Source: Octopus sinensis (lineage: Eukaryota). From it: a DNA stretch of 64,000 nucleotides. Shown one piece after another: positions 49,895-62,565 of this stretch (positions within the stretch are counted from its first letter, which is position 1; every line of letters starts with the position of its first letter). The position numbers and the translations under genes were made by a program. The DNA lies in assembly GCF_006345805.1 (NCBI RefSeq), contig NC_043001.1, positions 13,764,001-13,828,000 on the forward strand, given 5' to 3'. The notes under the pieces are model-generated. The model searched no databases. It was not told where the DNA came from and was given only the letters and a program-made list of their open reading frames with translations.

Positions 49895-50503
49895 GAAAAA
49901 CAGTTCTAATCCGGCCATTCCTATTTGTGAAGTTAAGAGCACGTCACCATTATAAACTCTCGCACCGGATGCTCCCATAAAGTTAAGAAACAATGCAATT
50001 CCGATATTTTTTCAATCAGAAGAAATTTTCCAAAAATGTAAAAAAAAGAAGAAACCAATAGAATTTTCGACCTGCGTTCCAAGATAGGTACTATAGTGTT
50101 AGCAAAAACAAATGCTTTCAAAAAAGAGAGAGATAAAAGTCTTTACTATTGAACCAGTTGAATTTTCTGTGCTATTTGTCCCTAATGTTATTATCTTTTC
50201 TGCATTTGTTGACAAACCATTGTTCAAAATGCCATTTTCGTTGTAAACAAAATTGCGTCTAGTATACGCTTGATAGATATTCGTAAAATGTTCTTTCTCG
50301 GAGATAATTGGCCTTCAGTCAGGTTTACTTTAAAAATTAGGTTAGTGTACTTTAAGGTAATAAATGTGAAACATATTTTCCAATGTTGGTAGATTATTAA
50401 ATTTAGTTTTATTTACTCTGCAAAGCTTTTGGCGTTAACTAAGTTGGGGGGATTTTAAATATTATTTGTTTACATAAACACACCACACACAAACACATTT
50501 ACA

Positions 50504-50572
<69 letters not shown>

Positions 50573-51501
50573 GTGTGTGTGTGTGTAATATAAATGAGTA
50601 TATTTATGGGTGAATGTATACAGAGGCGTAAAAGCGTGCTTATACATATTTACATATTAACATGCACGTACACACATACACACACATAGATTACACATGC
50701 ATATACTTATATATAAGGAAGAAAGGATGACATGGTAGGAAGGATGTATGTTTTTATTGATACATGCATAAACAACAGATATGCAGTCATACTCGACGTG
50801 ACTATTTTGCCGTTCGCTTTTATTTCGAAACTAATTTGATGGAAATTATTTCCGATGTTGTTGTTTTGTTTTTCCTTGTGAATAATTGATAAACACAATT
50901 AAGTCGTTCCTGTCACATATTTCAAACTTATTTGGATTCACTTCTGTGAAGATTAATACATTTCCACTGCAACCATTTACTACTCAACTCTACAACAAAA
51001 CATTTGTATCTCTCTCATGGTAATTTTGGCGTGTTGATTTCAAATATGCCCTCAGATGTTTTCATTCACCCCAAAAGCTTGCTTTAGACTAAACACCACG
51101 TTTTGAGTATTATTAGACAAAATTAAGTTTTGAATTAAGGATGAAATACAACAAGTACATTCGTAGAACATCGAGTGAAAATAACACTAGAATATAAACG
51201 TTTGCAATGGTTTTAAAGTATGAAGATAGCAAATTATAAGTCATTTAATGAACAGTATCGGTTAAACTATGTATGGTTTTTTGCCATATGTATCTCTCTT
51301 TACTCTTTTACTTGTTTCAGTCATTTGACTGCGGCCATGCTGGAGCACCGCCTTTAATCGAGAAAATCGATCCCGGGACTTATTCTTTGTAAGCCCAGTA
51401 CTTATTCTATCGGTCTCTTTTGCCGAACCGCTAAGTGACGGGGACGTAAATACACCAGCATCAGTTGTCAAGCAAAGCTAGGGGGACAAGCAGACACACA
51501 A

Positions 51502-51532
<31 letters not shown>

Positions 51533-52356
51533 CATACATATATACGACAAGCTTCTTTCAGTTTCCGTCTTCTTTCAGTTTCCGTCTGTATATGTATTTT
51601 GCCTATATCACATAGTGCTATTTAAAGCTGGTTACCTTTAATACGAATGGAACCCGATCCAGAGCAAAATTGAATGTTAATCCACTATTTATATTAGAGG
51701 AATTGAGATCGACATCGTTTTATTTGTTTGTTTTTAGAGCATTTGTTGGCCTCAAGCTAGCTTTGCGTAAGTTGCATAAACAATGATAACTTATGCATTA
51801 AATATTTAAAGAATTCCTCTCAGAGCAATGCACCATATCATTCTCCCCACTTGACAAAAAGTCGTGCTGCCAACTTCCCTCGGGTTACTTAAGAGTTTGA
51901 TTTTTTGTCACCCTATCAGAAGGTAAGGTAGAACCCACGTGAAATTATCAGGCTTCCAAGACTGATGTGAAGGCAGGAGAGAGGGAGGTATCCGAAAACC
52001 AGGAGCTTGTTGCGAAAGCTTGCAACATAGTGAACTACACTAAAAGCAGTCGTGTATTTCGCAGTATGTGTATGTTAAGCCAAACCTACAATACATTAAT
52101 ATGACTGATTACTATTTTCTGATTGTTGTTCCTTTTAGAGGGAATGTAGTGTTTCTTAGTTATACTCACAATTATATATTTTCTGGATTGCATTGTTCCG
52201 TTTTTGGTTGTTGTTTTGATCAAAGGCATTCCATCCGCGGTCACCCATTTCCATTTTATTTTCAGGAGCATCATTATCCAACCTGCTTTAAAGCAGTAGT
52301 GGGATTTCAGGGAAACTTTTCTGGATGTTTCAGTTGGTATTTTCTCTGATATTAAA

Positions 52357-52866
52357 CTAGCAGTATCGCCCGGCGTTGCTCGGGTTTGTTTCGACCCTTT
52401 AGAATTGGAATTTTTGAAAAGTAAAAATTTTGCATTATGTAGCTTGTTATTCTATTTAAGTGAACATTTTCTCTGGTTGAAATACACCGAAAAATGGCGA
52501 CACAGCAGTCAAAAATCGTGAAAAATAGGGATTTTTATAGAAAAACAGCACCTTTTTGATGTTAGTTAGTTAGTTAGTTAGTTAGTTAATTTGGCTCAAA
52601 AGCAAATAGCAAGGCCATGTAGGGGGACATGGAGTTAAGTTCAGGGTGGTGTTCATGTAAAGAGTTCAGGCCACTTGAGGTCCAGGGAGGCTTTGGTGAT
52701 AACATGGTCAGATTTAAATTTTTTCTACTACGGAAGGAAGAGCACGCCTTCTATTATACTTTCAATTTTGGTCAACTTGTGCCGCAGCGTCTCGGAGGAG
52801 ATAGTGTTAGTTGAAGACTACCAAACCTGCCATACACAAACAACTTCAGCTTTATATATAGAGAGA
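52357..52866 (-). mobile_element. Non-autonomous Helitron-like element, family A, carrying a 132-bp insertion
   Basis: Same termini; foreign sequence at 52562-52693. A partial, internally deleted copy also lies at 48030-48150. Confidence 0.75.
52562..52693 (-). mobile_element. Short 5'-truncated retroposon 3' end with (TAAC)n tail, nested in a Helitron
   Basis: Absent from sister Helitron copies. On the minus strand it ends GGCCTTGCTATTTGCTTTTGAGCCAAAT(TAAC)n. Confidence 0.55.
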
Positions 52867-53777
52867 TTTGCATGGTGTCCATTGCTGTTCAGATCATTGT
52901 CAGCGGGATTATTTTGTATGTGAATAGTATACCGCTGTAGATAAACATAGTTACCACAATAAAATCTGAAAGTTGATTACATAGAAGAATGTTAAACACC
53001 ACACTTCGTTTTGCGTTGTATCATATAATATTACTTGTTTGGCTAAACACGAAAGCAGACCATTGCAAATATTATTTTTTCCGATTGTTGTAGTTTATAC
53101 ACGATACAGGCAATGGGTTTGCCAGAGTCAAATAATTCTAAAGCAAGTAAACATTTTGTGAATCAAGTTGTGAATCTGAAATTTGGAAGGAGAGGAGATA
53201 CACAACATTTGTCGCTACCAGTTGCTTTACGCAAGTCTTGTAGTGGTGGAGATATTAAATCTGTCAGCATACATTTCCTAGTTACGTGTATTTCTGAACT
53301 TTTATCAAAGCATGAAGACTACATGAAATTCTGAAGAATGTCCAATTGACAAATGAAAAGTAGAAGTTAGTTGGATCTATGATTACAAGAATGGAGACTT
53401 TTCCCTTCGACCTTTATAGTTCAAAATTATTCAATTTGCTATTTCAGGTTTCAACGATGGTTTGAAATATATTAAGTTAGAATTTAGCAACTATATTGAT
53501 CTTCATCACACGTTGTGTTATGGAAAGTTCATCATTCCTAACAAAATATCATGAAAAATCACGGTATCTTAAAAATATTTTTGTAAACGTCGAGTATTTA
53601 TCAGAAATCACAGATCTGAAAACTGCTTGGAGATTGTGTCACATGGTGAATGCATTTTAAACAATCGGCAGCAGGATATCTTTCTACGTACATGCTTTGC
53701 ACTAACACCTTGGCGTATACCTTGCATATCAGTATTGAAGTATTATTCTCACCAAGAGAGATTTGTCAACGAATCTG

Positions 53778-54014
53778 CCACCTATTTCTTTACTATCCAC
53801 AAGGGACTAAACACAGAGAGGACAAACGAGGACAGACAAACGGATTAAGTCGATTATATCGACTCCAGTGCGTAACTGGTTCTTATTTAATCGACCCCGA
53901 AAGGATGAAAGGCAAAGTCAACCTCGGCGGAATTTGAACTCAGAACGTAGCGGTAGACGCAATACCGCTAGGCATTTCGTGCAGCGTGCTAATGTTTCAG
54001 CCAGTTCGCCACCT
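53778..54014 (-). mobile_element. SINE family 1 monomer
   Basis: 16-bp TSD TTTGTCAACGAATCTG (53762-53777 / 54015-54030). Confidence 0.88.
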
Positions 54015-54156
54015 TTTGTCAACGAATCTGATACCAAGGTAAAAGTTAAGCAAAGTATGATGGGTAATATTTGTTGGGCCATATCATGAAACACTTCTAA
54101 ATATCATAAACGAAATATAACAAAAAAACAAAAGGTGGCAGAGTTTTGCTTTGCAA

Positions 54157-54538
54157 TGGAAGCACTCCGTCGGTTACGACGACGAGGGTTACGGTTGTTC
54201 CGAATCAACGGAACAGCCTGCTCGTGAAATTAACGTGTAAGTGGCTGAGCACTCCACAGACACGTGTACCCTTAACGTAGTTCTCGTGGATATTCAGTGT
54301 GATACAGAGAGTGACAAGGCCGGCCTTTTGAAATACAGGTACAACAGAAACAGGAAGTAAGAGTGAGAGAAAGTTGTGGTGAAAGATTACAGCAGGGATC
54401 ACCACCATCCCTGCCGGAGCCTCGTGGAGCTTTAGGTGTTTTCGCTCAATAAACACTCACAACGCCCGGTCTGGGAATCGAAACCGCGATCCTACGACCG
54501 CGAGTCCGCTGCCCTAACCACTGGGCCATTGCGCCTCC
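54157..54538 (-). mobile_element. tRNA-derived SINE family 3, full copy
   Basis: Minus-strand head GGAGGCGCAATGGCCCAGTGGTTAGGGCAGCGGACTCGCGG..GGTTTCGATTCCC is tRNA-like. TSD TGCTTTGCAAT (54147-54157 / 54539-54549). Other copies lie at 34348-34733, 46188-46485, 58071-58455 and 62867-63193. Confidence 0.88.
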
Positions 54539-54892
54539 TGCTTTGCAATATGTAAATGCAACACAGATTAATGTCAAGTGATAACTTGATGCATATACGC
54601 TTTATGGCTTCGTCATAAAGAGCAACTTAAGCCGTGAATATATAGTGTTTGACGTAAACCAGATTAACGAAATGATGTCTGCCCAACATTTTGTTCTCAG
54701 CACTTTTTTTTTATTATAGATGATATTGAAAGGTACCTAACAATATAAAACTCCAGTTGGGAGAGAGAAAAGGCCATTATTTGAATATTTGTACATCATA
54801 GCGAAATCTGGATTCAGATCTGAAATTGATAACGCTAAATTATTAGAAATACGCCTTGTCATTCTAATTAGAAAAATATGTGTGAGTGTGCG

Positions 54893-54979
<87 letters not shown>

Positions 54980-55144
54980 CATAGGTACAAAGCAACGGTA
55001 GTTGAATCCCAAAAGTAGAGTAAAATATGATTTTATTAAAACCGAAAATACTTCACAAGCAGTGAAAACAGATAAAGAACTATTGAACAGTATGTAAAAG
55101 CCTGGTTATGACGTATTCCTCAGACAGACGTGAGTTTTCTGAGT

Positions 55145-55199
55145 ATTCACGGTTGTCTGATGAGCGGTTACGCGAAACTCTGAGTAACAGTTTGTGAAT
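55145..55199 (+). ncRNA. Type I hammerhead ribozyme with canonical core
   Basis: ATTCAC-GGTTGT-CTGATGA-GCG(GTTA)CGC-GAAACTC-T-GAGT-A-ACAGTT-T-GTGAAT. 12-bp helix I with one bulge and three G-U pairs; about 170 bp from a (GT)n tract. Confidence 0.82.
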
Positions 55200-56149
55200 T
55201 TTTCTCCAGCTTCAAAAGTTACAATACAAATTTATGAAAATAATCAATTGCTGGAAGTTAGTCTCTTTTGAGTATTATATAAGAACGATATTATGTTTAA
55301 AGACGAAATAAAAATAATTAGGAAAGAAACAAAATTTTATAAACCTATAAACGTCACTTTCTCGAATAGTTTTAATGTTATTTTATGTAAGATTTCTCGA
55401 AGCTGGTAAGTATCGATTTTCAACCAATATATTGATTATGTAACCAAAACTTCTAATTATGAAATTATATCAATATATATAAAAGTTTTATACCAATAAT
55501 GGCACTTGAATTGAAGTCATTCTCTACGTTAAGACATTCCCATTCAATGTTACATCAGTTGAATGGAAGTAAATCAATGAAATCTAATCCTAATTATTAA
55601 TGGTATATAATGTGTGTGTCTATATATGTATGTATGTGTGTATTTGTTTCGACATTACATTCAGGATTGTTCAATACACGCTTACTTAACGTTGCTTCAG
55701 TAAAAACCGAAATCGTTCATATTTTCTCAGGCATCTTATTAGTTTCTCGGTTGTTTCGGTAGAGAACTGATGGCAATTTCTAACATATCCAAAGTACTTA
55801 AAAGATCTTATCGACGTGCAGTACTGGAATGGCAGCGGTAGTCTCCTTAGTTCTTTTATAAGTAAGAAATACTACCCAGATCTCCTTGAAATTATATCCA
55901 ATTAATTCAAAAGGGGAGGGCGCAATAAATATAGTTCTGGGTACGCAATACCTGAGAAAAGAAGGTCTTAGTGGTCACTCTTGGAACACTCGTTAGTATT
56001 ACTTTGCCTGCAAAAACAATAAGACATCAGCGACAAACTAGCGAAATGGTTGTAAGATTGTATGTGGCTACTGCTATTGTGTTGTATCCGGAGGAGAAAC
56101 GATTATTTCTCAACTGTAGAATCAGCCAATCTTTAACATAGTATCTCAG

Positions 56150-56900
56150 AATATTATAGGAGTAGAATTAATTTGTATTTCAATGTAATCTCTTCATATT
56201 CTGAAATAATGAGCACCTGCAGCTTATCACTGTCGCTTCTGTGAATTCCGTTCTTGTCAAACCACATTTCAACTAAATTAATTCATGTCATGAATGCTCC
56301 TATAGTATAGTTCCAGCTATTCACTTTCATAGCTCATTATTCTCATGAATAACGTGGGGAAGCAATTTCCTCTGATAGGACTTTCTGAGGATCTCATCGC
56401 AAACATGCTTCAGGACTTCTCATGGCTGTATTCACAAGCGAGACCAAAAGAGTCTGAGGATTTTATCCTATCACTGCCATAGAGTATAACCGTATGTCTC
56501 CCGCCGAGTGGTCCCGCACTTAAAATACCTCCCGCAGTTCTTTACTCAGATATGTTAACAACATGCTGGTTATACTGGAGGGGTGACATCTCAGTGTGAG
56601 AATAGTGGCTCAGTCTTGAGTGATTCTCTAATCTCCATGCTATCTACTCTATCTAGTAACGCTTCCCCAATACCCCCGTATAAGTTTCTTGTTGGTGATT
56701 GTACGACCAGGCTGAAAATCAGTTTTGCGAGGACTTGAGAGATGGTTGTTCTCAAGAAAAGCCGAACGAATACTCACGGCACCGTAGCAGGTCAGGAATT
56801 TCAAATGCCTTGTGGATGTTAAAGCGTGTGATTGTATGTATATTTGATTCCACCGCAGGCAAACATTGTTGGCGCTTGTACAATGATGCTCTAACTAGAA
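56150..56900 (-). pseudogene. Heavily decayed LINE reverse transcriptase (CR1/L2/Jockey-like)
   Basis: Minus-strand remnants FLENNHLSS..FQPGRTITN, a degenerate VPQG..L.P.LF region and WFDKN, with many stops. Confidence 0.48.
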
Positions 56901-57162
56901 TCAGTGCTTCATCATCAGATGGTGGGAAGTTGGCTTAAAGGCCAAACTCATATACAATTCGATTTTTTTTTTGGTCCTTCTCTAACCTACAGTTGGGAAT
57001 CTTAAGTGGTGTCAAAAGAGTAAAATCGCGAATAAACGGGGCTGGAATAAGGTTTCTCCTATTACATATTAAATATCTAAAATAGTGGTTATATCTAGTT
57101 GCATGAAGATCTTCTTTGAATATACTAATTGTTTAAATATATAATGACAAAACAAGCTCTCT

Positions 57163-57473
57163 CTCTTTTACTCTTTTACTTGTTTCAGTCATTTGACTGC
57201 GGTCATGCTGGAGCACCGCCTTTAGTCGAGCAAATCGACCCCGGGACTTATTCTTTGTAAGCCCAGTACTTATTCTATCGGTCTCTTTTGCCGAACCGCT
57301 AAGTTACGGGGACGTAAACACACCAGCATCGGTTGTCAAGCAATGCTAGGGGGACAAACACAAGGCATTGGTCGGCCCGGGGCCATAGCAGAAGACACTT
57401 GCCCAAGATGCCACGTAGTGGGACGGAAACCGGAATCATGTGGTTGGTTAGCAAACTACTTACCACACAGCCG
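57163..57473 (-). mobile_element. SINE family 2 copy with internal deletion
   Basis: Lacks the central microsatellite block present in other copies. Confidence 0.82.
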
Positions 57474-57956
57474 ATTGTAATTGTTGTGTGTAAGGGAGAG
57501 TTTAACATGAATAGATTGTTAGAAAGTTCATATCGAAATGCCGTTAGAATTCATTCTTTGGCTGTCTCAGAGGACAAGGAAAAACCGGCTTTAACCTGAA
57601 CATTCACAGATCGATCTGCTGACTAATCGTGGCAGATCAATTAGACCAGTGTAACGTAATGCATTCGACCTATATTCATAAAGGAATGCTAAACAGATGG
57701 CATAAAATTTCAAACTTTACTTATTTTAAGTTAGAAAGATGGATTTCATAATTCTATATAACATAATACGAACAGAATAGTAGATTAAATTTAATTATTC
57801 AATCCAATTTTTCAATTAACTTTCCTTCACAAAGAAACTAATATTTCATTTTGATACTTTTAAACGCTAGATATAATCCATGTATTACAGTGGCTCGCAG
57901 CGAACAATTTGTGCTAAGACAGTTTAATGTCCATAAGTTACATGTATTAGGAAAAC

Positions 57957-57994
<38 letters not shown>

Positions 57995-58070
57995 TAATAT
58001 GCCGAAATACTGCTTCGGTGTAGTATGGTATTGGCTCTGCAAGTCTTAAGATAATATAGTAGAATAAATG

Positions 58071-58455
58071 TGGAAGCACTCCGTCGGTTACGACGACGAG
58101 GGTTCCGGTTGATCCGAATCAACGGAACAGCCTGCTCGTGAAATTAACGTGTAAGTGGCTGAGCACTCCACAGACACGTGTACCCTTAACGTAGTTCTCG
58201 GGGATATTCAGCGTGACACAGAGAGTGACAAGGCCGGCCTTTTGAAATACAGGTACAACAGAAACAGGAAGTAAGAGTGAGAGAAAGTTGTGGTGAAAGA
58301 GTACAGCAGGGATCACCACCATCTCCTGCCGGAGCCTCGTGGAGCTTTTAGGTGTTTTCGCTCAATAAACACTCACAACGCCCGGTCTGGGAATCGAAAC
58401 CGCGATCCTATGACCGCGAGTCCGCTGCCCTAACCACTGGACCATTGCGCCTCCA
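58071..58455 (-). mobile_element. SINE family 3, full copy
   Basis: High identity to 54157-54538. Confidence 0.88.
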
Positions 58456-58682
58456 CAGTAGAATGAATATGTATTCAATGAGAATATAGCTTCACAAGTG
58501 ATCTCAACACTGAAAACAAAAGCAGCACCAACGTTTGATCGGCGTTCCGGCCATGGACTTTCAGCCTTTTATAGTATGGTATATGCAGGATTAGTCTAAA
58601 CATTATATGCATCTCTTTTAAGGTATATTACGTAGATGTTGCTGGTATTTCTAACAGACATATTACCAACACACACACGCAT

Positions 58683-58773
<91 letters not shown>

Positions 58774-58850
58774 ACAACACGAATATACGCCATGATAGAT
58801 CGTTAGCCACTACACACATTTTTGTTCTCTCCTTGTTTTTTTCTCTGTCC

Positions 58851-58886
58851 CTTTGTGTAGAAGAGCGTAGGCTCGAAACGTAAAAG
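58851..58886 (+). ncRNA. Second, core-mutated copy of the same hammerhead-like motif
   Basis: CTTT-GTGTAGA-A-GAGC(GTAG)GCTC-GAAACGT-A-AAAG. Lies within repeat 58770-58945, homologous to 30397-30590 and also bordered by (TA)n. Confidence 0.45.
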
Positions 58887-58965
58887 ACTTTTTCTATTCC
58901 TGAACGTTATACTAAAATATGTGTTTGTTTTGTACACCACCTCTCTTTTTTTTTCGTGAACTCTC

Positions 58966-59009
<44 letters not shown>

Positions 59010-59142
59010 ACAAATATTCCTTTTCCCAAGCTAAATGCCTTGTTTCTCCTTTTTATCGGGAACACCAAATAACTGCAAATGGCTTTATACTTCCCACTCA
59101 GTGAGATAAACACACTTCACTGCTTTAAAATAAACATGGGTG

Positions 59143-59495
59143 AAGGAGTGGTTGTGTGGTAAGTAGCTTGCTTACAACCACATGGTTGCTAAGCAAGTGC
59201 CTTCCACTATAGCCTCGGGCCGACCAAAGCCTTGTGAGTGGATTTGGTAGACGGAGAGTGAAAGAAGCCCGTCGTATATATATATGTGTGTATGTTTGTG
59301 TGTGTGTGTGTGTGTTGTCCTCAGCCTCGCTTGTCAACCGTTGCTGGTATGTTTACGTCTCTGTAACTTATCGGTTTGGCAAAAGATATCGATAGAATAA
59401 GTACTAGGCTTACAAAGAATAAGTCCTGGGGTCGATTGTTTCGACTAAAAGTGGTGCTCCAGCATAGCCGCAGTCAAATGACCAAAACAAGTACA
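59143..59495 (+). mobile_element. SINE family 2 copy with a deletion in the head
   Basis: Homologous to 35998-36412. Confidence 0.8.
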
Positions 59496-60048
59496 TGAAT
59501 AAAAGTATAATATGAATTGCAAACGATACTACTACACGATATAATGAGATGTAGAAGACAGAGCAGCAAGCGAAAATGGCACAGAGACACAGGGGCACTC
59601 GTATGTATCGCCTTTAAAGAGCGGAAGAAGAAATCAAACGATGGAAAATGCTACTTTGACTGAGCTTTGATTTTTACGAAACGAAACCACAATTATATAC
59701 AGGAATACAAAGCAACACTCTTCAGCGTATACATACAATGCACAACTGCATATAATATCTATGGTGACATAAATATAAATAGGAAAACACAATGGAAATA
59801 TGACGAGCAAAATTTGTTGTTAAATCGAGCTCGGATCTTTAACTTCGTAAATATAAGTTTTTCTCAAAAATGCTAAGAGTAAAAGATGTTTTATATGATA
59901 CATTCTACTAGTGTCCGAAGTCTGAAAGTGTTTAGTGACAAAAAATTATTTTTTAAATCTGTAGGTCAAAAGGTAAAGATCCTTGAACTCCATCTTTGCA
60001 AATGCCTCCAAAGAATTATTAGAATCCACTACAAACAAAAACTAAGCA

Positions 60049-60461
60049 TTTCTTATTTACTGCCCACAAGGGGCTACACACATAGAGGACAAACAAGGAC
60101 AGACAAACGGATTAAGTCGATTATATCGACCTCGGTGCGTAACTGGTACTTATTTAATCGACCCCGAAAGGATGAAAGGCAAAGTCGACCTCGGCGGAAT
60201 TTGAACTCAGAACGTAGCAACAGACGAAATACCTATTTCTTTACTGCACACAAGGGGCTAAACACAGAGGGCGGAAAACAAGGACAGACAAACGGATTAA
60301 GTTGATTATGTCGACCCCAGTGCGTAACTGATACTTGTTTTATCGACCCCGAAATGATGAAAGGCAAAGTCGACCTCGGCGGAATTTGAACTCAGAACAT
60401 AACGGCAGACGAAATAGTGCTGAACATTTAACCCGGCATGCGAACGATTCTGCCATCTCGC
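60049..60461 (-). mobile_element. SINE family 1 dimer
   Basis: Two units joined at GAAATACC|TATTTCTTT, with the head at the right end. Confidence 0.85.
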
Positions 60462-61066
60462 AAAATCCAAAGATGCTATGCGAACATCTATCTAAAAAAT
60501 ATTGTCTCCGTTATTCAATCTAAACAAGGATATCATCCTTATACACACGATATTAAAAATATTATCAATAACATCGTTTAATTTAAACATTTTGCCAGAG
60601 TGCTAGTCGAAAAAAATTAACGGAATGCCAACCTTTCAGCAAGAATATTTTATTCACCTTCATGTTTTCGTTATTTTTTTTTTCGGCAGCACAGCCATAG
60701 AAATATTATTCAAGTTTCATATTTACGTGTATGACGCTCAACAAAAGAAATTGAACAAAAGATTTGTGTGTTTCTCGCTTGGTACACTATGATGATCTTA
60801 AGAAACAACAACCCAACTGCCAGCACAATGGCAACGTGATAAACACGTTGTACTATTGATCACAGAACTACAGAAGGCTTCTACTCTAGTCTAACAAAAG
60901 AAAAAGACAGTAACTGTAGAGTAAATTGCTTTCACAAATCTACACATTTTCTGAAATCTACGGTAACTATGGGACCAGGAAAGCACATACAAAATATATT
61001 ACAAACGTGACTGGTTGAACTTATTCAAATTATTGTCTATACTGTGTACTATCGTATTTTATGTAA

Positions 61067-61483
61067 AAGGCGGTGAGCTGGCAGAAACGTTAGCACGCCG
61101 GGCGAAATGCGTAGCGTATTTCGTCTGTCGTTACGTTGTGAGTTCAAATTCCGCCGAGGTCAACTTTGCCTTTCATCCTTTCGGGGTCGATAAATCAAGT
61201 ACCAGTTACGAACTGGGGGTCGATGTAATCAACTTAATACCTATGTCTGTCCTTGTTTGTCCCCTCTATGTTTAGCTCTTTGTGGGTAATAAAGAAATAG
61301 GTATTTCGTCCGCTGCTGCGTTCTGAGTTCAAATTCCGCCGAGGTCGACTTTGCCTTTCATCCTTTCGGGGTCGATAAATTAAGTACCAATTACGCACTG
61401 GGCTCGATGTAATAGACTCAATCCGTTTGTCTGTCCTTGTTTTCCCCCTCTATGTTTAGCCCCTTGTGGGTAGTAAAGAAATA
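61067..61483 (+). mobile_element. SINE family 1 dimer
   Basis: 13-bp TSD CGTATTTTATGTA (61053-61065 / 61484-61496). Confidence 0.88.
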
Positions 61484-62514
61484 CGTATTTTATGTATATG
61501 ATAGTCTATTATATGTGCATACGTGCAAAGCCGCCCACATACACACGCACTCATAACATGTGTGTGTGTGTTTGTGTGGGTGGGTGAATGTGTGTGTGTG
61601 TGTAAAGGGTTGGCCAAAATTCACCCGACAGTAAATCAAAATTCCATAAATACCATCTGTAATTCTGTATTGAGTCGAATAGAAAAATGTGTCGCTCAAG
61701 AAGGACTTCAGTTTGAACAATTTTCTTCTTTCGTATTTAAATGTTTTTATTAAATTCATTCAGTTGTTAAACATAAATAAATCTTTGAAGTAAATGGTTC
61801 TGATTTACTGATATACTCCCTTTTTACTCTTCTACTTGTTTCAGTCATTTGACTGCGGGTGTGTTTGTCCCCCTCCATCGATTGACAACATATGTTGTTG
61901 TGTTCACGTCCCCGTAACCTAGCTGTTCGGCAAAAAAATCGATAGATTAAGTACTAGGCTTACAAAGAATAAGCCACGAGGTCGATTTGTTCGGCTAAAG
62001 GCGGTGCTCCAGCATGGGTGCATTCAAATGCCTGAAACAATTAAAAGAATAAAAAGAATATATAAGGCATGAGAACTGACGAATAAGATGGCATACATTA
62101 TAGGACATCACCACGCAACCACATGGTTCCGGGTTCAGTCCAACTGTGTGGTACTACTATAGCCTAAGGCTGACCAAAGCCTTATAAGTGGATCTGGCTG
62201 GCGGAAATGAGAGAAGCTCTTCGCATATATACTTGTGTGTGTGTGCGTTTATGCGTATGTCTGTTTGTCTCCCCGCCATTGCTTGATAACCGATGCTGAT
62301 GCTTTTCTTTCGCCATAACTTAGCGGTTCGGAAAAATAAAGCGATAGAATAAGTAATAGGCTCACAAAGAATAAGTCCTGGCGTCGATTTCTTCGACTAA
62401 AACACTTGCGAGTAAATGAAACCATGCGGTGCTCCAGCGTGGTCGCAGTCAAATGACCGAAACAAGTAAAAGAATAAAAGAACAAAAGTATATATAGACA
62501 GACATACAGAGAGG

Positions 62515-62516
62515 GG

Positions 62517-62565
<49 letters not shown>
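62515..62565. repeat. (GATA)n microsatellite without an inserted element
   Basis: About 11 GATA units with no Tx1 sequence adjacent. Confidence 0.9.

Noticed and set aside
53331-53375. CTGAAGA with a TGTC/GACA stem
   Set aside because: Extra bases precede GAAA, and there is no helix I or III.
54470-54538. tRNA gene
   Set aside because: It is the tRNA-derived head of SINE family 3, continuing into the SINE body and repeated five times in the window.
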